From a virus (Duplodnaviria; Heunggongvirae; Uroviricota; Caudoviricetes): DNA of 6,139 nucleotides. The stretch lies in the IMG/VR virus record IMGVR_UViG_2531839449_000026; one strand, 5' to 3'. Of this stretch, positions 1 through 6,139 are shown one piece after another. The translations under genes were made by a program, and so were the position numbers. Every line of letters starts with the position of its first letter. Within the stretch, counting starts at the first letter, position 1. The notes under the pieces were generated by a model, which searched no databases, was not told the DNA's origin, and saw only the letters and a list, made by a program, of their open reading frames with translations.

Positions 1-209
1 TACGCCGCTATACCATGATGATTTATCTCATACCCTTTGAACGTTACCATCTGGCGCGTAATCTCAACTTCGTTCAGGAATCCGCCATCGCATAACTGCC
101 TGGCTATTTTCGATTTGGTCTGGATTATTGGTAGTGCCTGTTCTTTCAAAGCGTATGATATTTGCGCATCCCATGCCTTTTCGAGAATGGCTAATTGTTT
201 TTTATTCAT
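1..209 (-). CDS. Hypothetical protein, partial (first 69 codons; continues past window start). Begins MNKKQLAILEKAWDAQISYALKEQ
   Basis: Own translation of minus strand: ATG at 209..207 shares one base with the helicase TGA (TGATG), no stop before position 1. AAGGAGG lies 6 nt upstream inside the helicase 3' end. Not in ORF track because it has no stop in the window. Function not recognised. Confidence 0.5.
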   Translation of the reverse strand, partial: MNKKQLAILEKAWDAQISYALKEQALPIIQTKSKIARQLCDGGFLNEVEITRQMVTFKGYEINHHGIAA

Positions 210-1645
210 CAGAATCCTCCTTTCTTCTTGGACTGCGGTTCCTCGCGTTCACGTCGGCGCATTTCAGCAGACTGTTGGTCTGTGTCATAAATAGCGCCAT
301 TTGCCTGAATGCAATACACCGTGCCGGTATTGCCATGACGATTGAGACGAAGGATTAGTTCGGTTTCACCATGTGGAACACTGTCATCAAAAGCACCTTC
401 ACGATGGATCCCCACCCAATAATCGCAATCCTGTTCAATCTGCCCTGTATCTCGTGAGTCACTTGGTAATGGGCGTTTATTGGTTCGGCTTTCCAGTGCG
501 CGGTTAAGTTGCGTCAGAAGCACAACAACGCAATCAAGCTCTTTGGCAAGGTTCTTCAGTCCTTTGGTGATCATGCCGTAAGCAAGGTCGTTGCGATCGG
601 CCTTCTCAGCGGTCATTAGTGTCAGGTAATCGACCAGAATCATGCCAACACATCCTTTTTCTCGCTTGATTCGACGGCTTTCGCTGACGATTTGAGCCAG
701 AGATAATCCCGGCGTGTCGTCGATGTAAAGCATGTCGATTTCACTCAAGCGATTGGCTGTTTCGATCGCCCTGTTGAAGTCACCATCGTAATCACCCTGA
801 TAGCCGTCATCGGCGTCATTTGTCGCCGGAAGGTAAAAAATATTCGGGTTAACACCAGACTTCTGCCCTACCAGTTTTTCCAGTATCTGATCACCTGGCA
901 TTTCAAGGCTGAACATCAGAGCGGGCTTTTTCTCATGCACTGCGCAATTGATTGCCATCTGGCTGTATAGCGTCGTTTTCCCCATCTTAGGGCGAGCGCC
1001 AATGACAAACAGAGAGCCTTTCACCAGACCTTTCGGTGACAGCATCCTGTCCAGCGATGGGATCCCTGTGCTCATTCCCCGTTGTTCGCCTGATGGGTCA
1101 AATCGCTTCTCAAGGTCGCTAACCCAGTCTTCCATGACCTCGCCAAATGAGCGAAGGCCGCGACGCGATCCGGTTTTTGCATGGTCTGTCAGTTGCGTGA
1201 AAATCGCCTGAATAGCTTCGTACTTCTGCGTCGCAGTCATTCCGTTGCGGGAATAGAGCAATTCCGTCGCTTCAGTCATGCGGTTGATGGCGTAGCGTTC
1301 CATTGCGGTTTCGCGAACCTGCATTGCATAGGCAACGATGTTTGCGGCGCTCGGCGTGTTCTTTGCGATCTCAGCGATATAAGCAAAACCGCCAACAGAC
1401 GCCGTTAACGATTTACGCTCCAGTTCATCGAAAAGCGTCAGGCCATCTACTGGCTTTTGCTCCCGGTGCATTCTGGTTATTTCTTCGAAAAGGATTTTGT
1501 GTGGTCGGCTGTAAAATGAATCGGGCTTCAGCATCGCCAGAACTTTCTGGACGCGCTCACTGCTGTCATCATCCAGAAGCAATCCACCAATCTCCGCCTG
1601 CTCTGCCTCGATGCTATGGGGCGGCGCATAAAAATTATCGGTCAT
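209..1645 (-). CDS. DnaB-family replicative DNA helicase (phage P22 gp12-type)
   Basis: Translation has Walker A GARPKMGKTT, FSLEMP, YIDD, ILVDYLTLM, LTQLNR and IEQDCD motifs that align with E. coli DnaB (recalled from memory). The ORF track extends to GTG at 1660; I prefer ATG at 1645..1643 (MTDNFYAPP), which has GAGGGTG 7 nt upstream and overlaps the O-like stop by 11 nt. Confidence 0.85.
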   Translation of the reverse strand: MTDNFYAPPHSIEAEQAEIGGLLLDDDSSERVQKVLAMLKPDSFYSRPHKILFEEITRMHREQKPVDGLTLFDELERKSLTASVGGFAYIAEIAKNTPSAANIVAYAMQVRETAMERYAINRMTEATELLYSRNGMTATQKYEAIQAIFTQLTDHAKTGSRRGLRSFGEVMEDWVSDLEKRFDPSGEQRGMSTGIPSLDRMLSPKGLVKGSLFVIGARPKMGKTTLYSQMAINCAVHEKKPALMFSLEMPGDQILEKLVGQKSGVNPNIFYLPATNDADDGYQGDYDGDFNRAIETANRLSEIDMLYIDDTPGLSLAQIVSESRRIKREKGCVGMILVDYLTLMTAEKADRNDLAYGMITKGLKNLAKELDCVVVLLTQLNRALESRTNKRPLPSDSRDTGQIEQDCDYWVGIHREGAFDDSVPHGETELILRLNRHGNTGTVYCIQANGAIYDTDQQSAEMRRREREEPQSKKKGGF

Positions 1646-2534
1646 CGTGTTCACCCTCACGAACTTTCAGGTAGGTATTGTCGTTAAGCAGGAAATCAAA
1701 TCCCTTTTTGTGCCAGACGGTTCCGCGCTGATGGTTTGGGCGCTCTTCGAACATCCATCGGCAATTTTCGCCTACGTAGCTCAAATAATTTCTCCAGTCC
1801 TGCATCGTGAACCCATGCCCGTCAAGCTGGCGGGTTATCACTCCGGCTTTGCGCCAGAACGTTCGGATCTGGTTTTTACGCTTGTCATTCAGTGCGCGGA
1901 TTTTTGGCGCTTCAGGAAGGATTTCGTGGTAAGCATCGACAACATCCTGACAGCTAACGGAAGGTTTTTTCTTGTCAGACTTTTTGTCTGCTGCGGTACT
2001 CTCTAATACGTCAGTATTAGAGATAATATTATTATATTCTTTATCTGTGGTAATTTGCTGGTAATCTGCCGGTACAGTATTGCTTGCAGGCATTGGTATT
2101 GCTGGCTTTGAGGTGGTAATTTGCTGGTAATCTGCTGGTACAAAATTTGACTGATAATCGTCATATTTCTCTACCGAGAAAACTGAGAATTTACCGTGTG
2201 AAACCCAGTCAATCATGCCGAGTTTTTTGAACTTTCTAAGCAGGTACTGAACGCGATCTGGTTTGAGTCCTGTTTCAAACGCCAGAGAGTTTCTACCGCC
2301 AAGTAGCTTCCCTCTGCCTACCAGAATTTCTCCTGCGTCAGTCATTACATACTCAGGCGTATGCTTTGCTTTGAGGATTAAGTGAACCCACAGATGCGCA
2401 GCTTCTGCGTCCTTGTAAAACGGCACATCCATAATTTTACGGTGCAGCAAGGCATACCCCTTACCGCTGCTTTGATGCGGTTGTTGTAGCCTTCTGGCCT
2501 CTCTGGCTTCGGCTAGATTAGATATGTTACTCAT
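1635..2534 (-). CDS. Replication initiation protein, lambda O-like / P22 gp18-like, with origin iterons inside the coding sequence
   Basis: 299-aa ORF immediately upstream of and overlapping the helicase. Its linker region (residues 131-164) is encoded by tandem DNA repeats next to an AT-rich tract, as in the lambda O/ori arrangement. Family assignment rests on synteny (cII - O - helicase) and architecture, not on a search. Confidence 0.75.
   Translation of the reverse strand: MSNISNLAEAREARRLQQPHQSSGKGYALLHRKIMDVPFYKDAEAAHLWVHLILKAKHTPEYVMTDAGEILVGRGKLLGGRNSLAFETGLKPDRVQYLLRKFKKLGMIDWVSHGKFSVFSVEKYDDYQSNFVPADYQQITTSKPAIPMPASNTVPADYQQITTDKEYNNIISNTDVLESTAADKKSDKKKPSVSCQDVVDAYHEILPEAPKIRALNDKRKNQIRTFWRKAGVITRQLDGHGFTMQDWRNYLSYVGENCRWMFEERPNHQRGTVWHKKGFDFLLNDNTYLKVREGEHDDR
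2005..2142. other. Putative phage origin of replication: AT-rich tract (about 2005..2046) plus two 30-bp direct repeats (2047..2076, 2113..2142), each made of two 11-bp-phased GGTAATnTGCnGGTA iterons
   Basis: Seen directly: gtggtaatttgctggtaatctgccggtaca at 2047..2076 and gtggtaatttgctggtaatctgctggtaca at 2113..2142 (one mismatch), with a degenerate ggtattgctgg at 2095..2105. The flanking stretch agataatattattatattctttatc is AT-rich. In the O-gene transcription direction the iterons precede the AT-rich tract, as in lambda ori. Confidence 0.6.
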
Positions 2535-2673
2535 GACCTTTCTCCTTCTGCATCAGCTTCACTTTTTCCAACTCAGCCCGGAATCGACCAGGCTGCTTGA
2601 AGCTGGACAGGAAGCGATCACGTAGTATGTGTTTGTGAATTTTGTCCTGGTAAGGACTGAGTTGTTTTGTCAT
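2527..2673 (-). CDS. Small hypothetical protein, 48 aa ([48 protein letters not shown]), between cII and the O-like gene
   Basis: Own translation; absent from the ORF track, presumably for length. AGGAG lies 5 nt upstream of the ATG at 2673..2671. The stop at 2529..2527 overlaps the O-like start at 2534, suggesting translational coupling. No family recognised. Confidence 0.45.
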   Translation of the reverse strand: MTKQLSPYQDKIHKHILRDRFLSSFKQPGRFRAELEKVKLMQKEKGHE

Positions 2674-2707
2674 AATTACTCCTGTGGATTGATCCAGTCT
2701 TTCTACA

Positions 2708-2986
2708 TCAGGCCTCGAAGAATTCGCCGTTCTTCGGGGCTTTTTCTTTTGTCAGCATTCTGGCTACTTTCTTAGCCAGTTCCGCCAACTCCTCGTCTTC
2801 AACACCCCATTCAAGAACAGCCAGAAGCATTCCCATTTTTGGGATGAAGCTGTCTTTCCATCGCGAAATTTGCGATTCATTAATTCCTAACGCGTCAGCA
2901 ACCTTTCGCTGGCCACGTACAGCAATTCGGTTCAGGATGTTGCTTGTAATTGCATTCGCTTTCTTGCGAGTACTTGTAAGTTGCAT
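2708..2986 (-). CDS. cII: CII-family transcriptional activator
   Basis: 92-aa product aligns with lambda CII as recalled, including the SQISRWK and [10 protein letters not shown] blocks. The 38 bp upstream (2987..3024) match my recollection of the lambda cII translation-initiation region (CATTCAATCAATTGTTATCTAAGGAAATACTTACATATG). Confidence 0.9.
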   Translation of the reverse strand: MQLTSTRKKANAITSNILNRIAVRGQRKVADALGINESQISRWKDSFIPKMGMLLAVLEWGVEDEELAELAKKVARMLTKEKAPKNGEFFEA

Positions 2987-2996
2987 ATGTAAGTAT
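2964..2996 (+). promoter_or_regulatory. pRE-like CII-dependent promoter remnant: TTGC-N6-TTGT at 2964..2977, candidate -10 aagtat at 2991..2996, pointing toward the IS
   Basis: On the strand opposite cII, the tetramer repeat sits at the same distance from the cII ATG as TTGC-N6-TTGC does in lambda pRE (recalled: TTGCGTTTGTTTGCACGAACCAT before the ATG; here TTGCGAGTACTTGTAAGTTGCAT). Its normal target, cI, is missing. Confidence 0.5.
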
Positions 2997-3078
2997 TTCC
3001 TTAGATAACAATTGATTGAATGTATGAACCGCCCCGGAAATCCTGGAGACTAAACTCCCTGAGAAAGAGGTAAACAGG

Positions 3079-3405
3079 ATGACTAAAAATACTCGTTTTT
3101 CCCCCGAAGTCCGTCAGCGGGCGATTCGTATGGTTCTGGAAAGTCAGGATGAATATGACTCACAGTGGGCGGCAATTTGTTCCATTGCCCCAAAGATTGG
3201 CTGTACGCCGGAGACTCTGCGTGTCTGGGTTCGCCAGCATGAGCGGGATACCGGGGGCGGTGATGGTGGGCTCACCAGCGCTGAACGTCAGCGTCTGAAA
3301 GAGCTGGAACGTGAAAATCGTGAACTGCGCCGCAGTAACGATATCCTTCGCCAGGCTTCCGCTTATTTTGCGAAGGCGGAGTTCGACCGCCTCTGGAAAA
3401 AATGA
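3079..3405 (+). CDS. IS629-like transposase OrfA (helix-turn-helix / leucine-zipper subunit)
   Basis: 108-aa ORF with GAGG 8 nt upstream of the ATG. Ends in a leucine-zipper-like [29 protein letters not shown] typical of IS3-family OrfA. Overlaps orfB in the -1 frame. Confidence 0.9.
   Translation: MTKNTRFSPEVRQRAIRMVLESQDEYDSQWAAICSIAPKIGCTPETLRVWVRQHERDTGGGDGGLTSAERQRLKELERENRELRRSNDILRQASAYFAKAEFDRLWKK
3397..3402 (+). other. Probable -1 programmed ribosomal frameshift site (AAAAAA run at the orfA/orfB overlap)
   Basis: Six A residues sit just before the orfA TGA (3403..3405), with orfB open in the -1 frame from 3402. IS3-family elements make an OrfAB fusion by slippage on A-rich heptamers (established); the exact heptamer here is inferred. 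Confidence 0.45.
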
Positions 3406-3914
3406 TGCCACTGCTGGATAAGCTGCGTGAGCAGTACGGGGTCGGACCGGTATGCAGCGAACTGCATATTGCCCCGTCAACGTATTACCATTGTCAGCAA
3501 CAGCGACATCATCCGGATAAACGCAGTGCCCGTGCGCAGCACGACGACTGGCTGAAGAGAGAGATACAGCGCGTATACGATGAAAATCATCAGGTGTACG
3601 GTGTGCGTAAAGTCTGGCGTCAGTTGTTACGGGAAGGAATCAGGGTGGCCAGATGTACAGTGGCACGTCTCATGGCGGTTATGGGACTTGCCGGTGTTCT
3701 CCGGGGTAAAAAGGTCCGTACGACCATCAGCCGGAAAGCCGTTGCCGCAGGCGACCGCGTAAACCGTCAGTTCGTGGCAGAACGACCTGACCAGCTGTGG
3801 GTGGCTGATTTTACTTACGTCAGCACATGGCAGGGCTTCGTCTATGTGGCGTTTATCATTGATGTGTTTGCCGGATACATCGTGGGGTGGCGGGTCTCAT
3901 CGTCTATGGAAACG
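3402..3914 (+). pseudogene. IS629-like transposase OrfB, 3'-truncated (only the first Asp of the DDE triad region is retained)
   Basis: Translation contains DQLWVADFTYV and then leaves the transposase sequence after SSSMET; the ORF ends at 3953 in non-IS sequence (PGRCLRQSRMAQ*). The downstream HHSDKGSQY-type and Glu-bearing regions expected in an intact IS3-family OrfB are missing. Confidence 0.8.
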
Positions 3915-3915
3915 C

Positions 3916-4485
3916 CTGGACGATGTTTGCGGCAAAGCAGGATGGCGCAATGAATACCGCGATATTCCCAACAACGGCGGCGTTGAATGCGGAATATCAA
4001 TAAAGATTGATTCCGAATGGGTAACCAAATGGGATGCTGCTGAAAACACGCAGGTAGAAGCCGTCAAAGGTGGTCGTTCAGGTGCAATGAAGCGTGCTGC
4101 CGTTCAGTGGGGAATCGGTCGGTATCTGTATAACCTTGAGGAAGGTTTCGCACAAACATCTCTCGATAAAAAGCAGGGGTGGCACAGGGCAAAACTGAAG
4201 GATGGAACAGGATTTTACTGGCTCCCTCCATCACTTCCGGGATGGGCAATCCCAGCATCAGATAACAAACCATCACCAGAAAATACCAACCAGAAATCTC
4301 CATCGGTTGACTGCGAACAAATCCTGAAAGACTTCAGCGATTATGCAGCGACAGAAACTGACAAGAAAAAACTCATCGAGCGTTATCAGCGTGACTGGCA
4401 ATTAATGGCTGGCAACGAGGAGGCGCAGGCTAAATGCGTTCAGGTGATGAACATCAGAGTTAACGAACTAAAACAGGAGGCATAA
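3916..4485 (+). pseudogene. Rad52-like (Sak-type) single-strand annealing protein gene, 5'-truncated at the IS junction
   Basis: The frame stays open from the junction to TAA at 4483..4485 and encodes ...GAMKRAAVQWGIGRYLYNLEEGF, which resembles the conserved Rad52/Sak motif (from memory). There is no in-frame ATG with an RBS near the junction. ssb starts right after it (TAAATG), as in phage recombination modules. The only available start is ATG 3844, inside IS sequence. Confidence 0.5.
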
Positions 4486-4998
4486 ATGGGACGTGGAGTT
4501 AATCGCGTAATCATTATCGGTAGATTAGGCCAAGATCCTGAGGTGCGCTATTCACCATCAGGAACGGCATTTGCAAACCTTACAGTTGCTACGTCAGAGC
4601 AATGGCGTGATAAGAAAACTGGAGAGCAAAAGGAGCAGACGGAGTGGCACCGCGTGGTAATGAGCGGAAAACTGGCAGAAATTGCCAGCGAATATCTGCG
4701 AAAAGGCTCTGAGGTTTATCTTGAAGGTAAATTGCGGACAAGAAAATGGCAGGATCAAAGCGGACAGGATAGGTTCACTACAGAAGTTATCGTGGGCGTT
4801 GGTGGAGCCATGCAAATGCTTGGTGGCAAGCAAGGAAGCAATGAACAGTCTTCACCTCAGCGAAATAACGGCCAGCAACAAAGACAGCAATCTCAGCAGC
4901 ATGGGAATTACGGCGAACCACCTATGAACTTCGACGATGAAATCCCCTTTGCACCAGTAACTCTCCCCTTCCCTCGTCACGCTATTCACGCAATTTAA
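4486..4998 (+). CDS. ssb: Single-stranded DNA-binding protein (phage SSB)
   Basis: AGGAGG 5 nt upstream of the ATG. N-terminal OB-fold signature ([22 protein letters not shown]...WHRVV), Gly/Gln-rich linker, and an acidic tip FDDEIPF. Here the tip is followed by 15 further codons ([15 protein letters not shown]) before the stop. Confidence 0.9.
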   Translation: MGRGVNRVIIIGRLGQDPEVRYSPSGTAFANLTVATSEQWRDKKTGEQKEQTEWHRVVMSGKLAEIASEYLRKGSEVYLEGKLRTRKWQDQSGQDRFTTEVIVGVGGAMQMLGGKQGSNEQSSPQRNNGQQQRQQSQQHGNYGEPPMNFDDEIPFAPVTLPFPRHAIHAI

Positions 4999-5011
4999 TC
5001 AGGAGAAAATC

Positions 5012-5305
5012 ATGCCAGCGCCTCAGTATGGTGCGGATGACCCGCGCCGCTGTTCCGGCAATTCCGTATCGGAGGTGCTGGATAAATTCAGAAAAAACTA
5101 CGCCCGGATAATGTCGCTACCGCAGGAAACGAAAGAGGAAAAGGAATTTCGCCACTGTATATGGCTTGCAGAGAAAGAAGAGCGCGAGCGAATTTACCAG
5201 ACATCAATCCGACCATTCCGCAAAGCCACATATACCCACTTCCCTGAAATTGACCCGCGCCTGCGTAATTACCGCTCACGCTATGGCGCTATCAGTAATG
5301 ACTGA
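5012..5305 (+). CDS. Hypothetical protein, 97 aa
   Basis: AGGAG 6 nt upstream of the ATG at 5012; tightly packed after ssb in the same operon direction. No recognisable family. Confidence 0.6.
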   Translation: MPAPQYGADDPRRCSGNSVSEVLDKFRKNYARIMSLPQETKEEKEFRHCIWLAEKEERERIYQTSIRPFRKATYTHFPEIDPRLRNYRSRYGAISND

Positions 5306-5315
5306 GGAATTTACC

Positions 5316-5483
5316 ATGAGAGGACTTGCATACAATCCCGGCATTCTTCCGGCAGAAATGATTATTCGCCAACGCGTAAAGACAATGCCATCGAGAGAGG
5401 AATTGCTTAAGAGAAATTCTTTTCCGTCAGTGAATCAAAACAAATATCTGAATGCGATGTGGCGTAAAGGAGGCAAGCAGTGA
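5316..5483 (+). CDS. Hypothetical small protein, 55 aa ([55 protein letters not shown])
   Basis: Internal start of the track ORF 5166..5483, chosen because GAGG lies 7 nt upstream of ATG 5316 and the longer form would overlap the previous gene out of frame. Its stop overlaps the next gene's GTG start (GTGA). Confidence 0.45.
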   Translation: MRGLAYNPGILPAEMIIRQRVKTMPSREELLKRNSFPSVNQNKYLNAMWRKGGKQ

Positions 5484-5793
5484 GCGAAATTAATTATCAG
5501 GCACTGCGTGAAAAGGCAGAGAAAGCAACTAAAGGAAGCTACATCGTAGGGCATACATCTGTTAACCAGCACGGCAATTTAACAGGAGTTTTTGTTTGCC
5601 AAAAATGGAAAGGAGAACCCGGTGGTGTGATTGCGGAATGTCATGTTAACTGCCTGGTTGAAACAGATGTTCAGGCTTATGCAAACGCTGAATTTATTGC
5701 TGCCTTTAATCCAAATGTTGCGCTGGCGCTTCTGGATGAACGGGAAAGAAACCAGCAATACATCAAACGCCGCGACCAGGAGAACGAGGATAT
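5480..5793 (+). pseudogene. Ead/Ea22-like phage early protein gene, interrupted by IS insertion at 5794
   Basis: GTG start with AAGGAGG upstream. The N-terminus [19 protein letters not shown] matches my recollection of Ead/Ea22-like proteins from enterobacterial prophages. After ...QENEDIE the frame runs into the IS inverted repeat ([14 protein letters not shown], stop at 5840..5842). Confidence 0.55.
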
Positions 5794-6139
5794 TGAACCG
5801 CCCCGGAAATCCTGGAGACTAAACTCCCTGAGAAAGAGGTAAACAGGATGACTAAAAATACTCGTTTTTCCCCCGAAGTCCGTCAGCGGGCGATTCGTAT
5901 GGTTCTGGAAAGTCAGGATGAATATGACTCACAGTGGGCGGCAATTTGTTCCATTGCCCCAAAGATTGGCTGTACGCCGGAGACTCTGCGTGTCTGGGTT
6001 CGCCAGCATGAGCGGGATACCGGGGGCGGTGATGGTGGGCTCACCAGCGCTGAACGTCAGCGTCTGAAAGAGCTGGAACGTGAAAATCGTGAACTGCGCC
6101 GCAGTAACGATATCCTTCGCCAGGCTTCCGCTTATTTTG
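5794..6139 (+). mobile_element. Second IS629/IS1203-like copy, left end (continues past window end), same orientation as the first
   Basis: 346 bp identical to 3025..3370, beginning TGAACCGCCCCGG. Confidence 0.85.
5848..6139 (+). CDS. IS629-like transposase OrfA, partial (3' end beyond window)
   Basis: Same sequence as orfA at 3079; the ATG at 5848 is 54 nt from the IS end, as in copy 1. Confidence 0.85.
   Translation, partial: MTKNTRFSPEVRQRAIRMVLESQDEYDSQWAAICSIAPKIGCTPETLRVWVRQHERDTGGGDGGLTSAERQRLKELERENRELRRSNDILRQASAYF

Larger units (their letters stand above)
3025..3914 (+). mobile_element. IS3-family insertion sequence, IS629/IS1203-like, partial: left end and first ~890 bp; right end missing
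   Basis: Starts TGAACCGCCCCGG at 3025. The first 346 bp are identical to 5794..6139. It encodes an OrfA that I recognise as IS629/IS1203-type ([15 protein letters not shown]...), and an orfB that departs from the transposase sequence after ...GWRVSSSMET (about 3914). Confidence 0.85.

Noticed and set aside
37-358. Plus-strand track ORFs 37..294 and 128..358
   Set aside because: They lie antisense to the 3' end of the helicase and the downstream minus-strand gene, have no RBS and no recognisable product. The minus-strand genes explain this region.
948-2006. Plus-strand track ORFs 948..1211, 1181..1408, 1303..1674 and 1647..2006
   Set aside because: All are antisense to the well-supported helicase and O-like genes, with no RBS; typical shadow ORFs.
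2047-2142. Possible CRISPR array or other repeat locus
   Set aside because: Only two repeat blocks, inside a coding sequence, with an adjacent AT-rich tract; far better explained as replication-origin iterons.
2681-2689. DnaA-box-like sequence (caatccaca read on the minus strand) upstream of the small ORF
   Set aside because: Only about 7 of 9 matches to TTATCCACA and a single occurrence; too weak to call.
3160-3480. Minus-strand ORF 3160..3480 inside the IS
   Set aside because: Antisense to IS orfA/orfB; the IS3-family gene structure accounts for the region.
3580-3762. Plus-strand ORF 3580..3762
   Set aside because: Alternative frame nested inside transposase orfB; no independent support.
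4064-4927. Track ORFs 4064..4303 (-), 4594..4833 (-) and 4682..4927 (+)
   Set aside because: Overlap the SSAP remnant and ssb in other frames or on the other strand; ssb and the SSAP frame have motif and RBS support, these do not.
5088-5279. Minus-strand ORF 5088..5279
   Set aside because: Antisense to the 97-aa gene, which has a good RBS and is co-oriented with its operon.
5166-5315. Long form of track ORF 5166..5483 starting at ATG 5166
   Set aside because: The upstream 150 nt overlap the 97-aa gene out of frame and have no RBS; the internal ATG 5316 with GAGG upstream is the more plausible start.
5631-5822. Plus-strand ORF 5631..5822
   Set aside because: Alternative frame inside the Ead-like gene running into the IS end; no support.
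1-6139. tRNA, rRNA or other structured RNA genes; a novel defence or toxin-antitoxin system
   Set aside because: No tRNA-like or rRNA-like sequence seen, and every substantial ORF is explained by prophage or IS functions. I cannot support a defence system from the sequence; the small hypothetical ORFs are flagged as unknowns only.

Overview
This window reads as the early region of a degraded lambdoid (P22/lambda-type) prophage from an enterobacterial genome, broken by two copies of an IS3-family element that I recognise as IS629/IS1203-like. On the minus strand (PR-operon direction) lie cII, a small unannotated 48-aa ORF, a lambda-O-like replication initiator carrying an internal iteron/AT-rich origin, a DnaB-family helicase, and the start of a further gene running off the window. 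On the plus strand (PL-operon direction) lie a 5'-truncated Rad52-like annealing protein gene, ssb, two small hypothetical genes and an Ead/Ea22-like gene. The immunity region that should sit between cII and the recombination genes (tR1/nutR, cro, OR/PR, cI, PL, N and neighbours) is absent, replaced by a partial IS629 copy that starts 38 bp upstream of cII and is itself cut off inside orfB. A second IS629 copy, in the same orientation, interrupts the Ead-like gene and runs off the window end. I do not see a convincing novel multi-gene system; the most uncharacterised elements are the small ORFs (48, 97, 55 aa) and an SSB with an internalised acidic tip. All homology statements are from reading the translations and from memory of the families, not from database searches.
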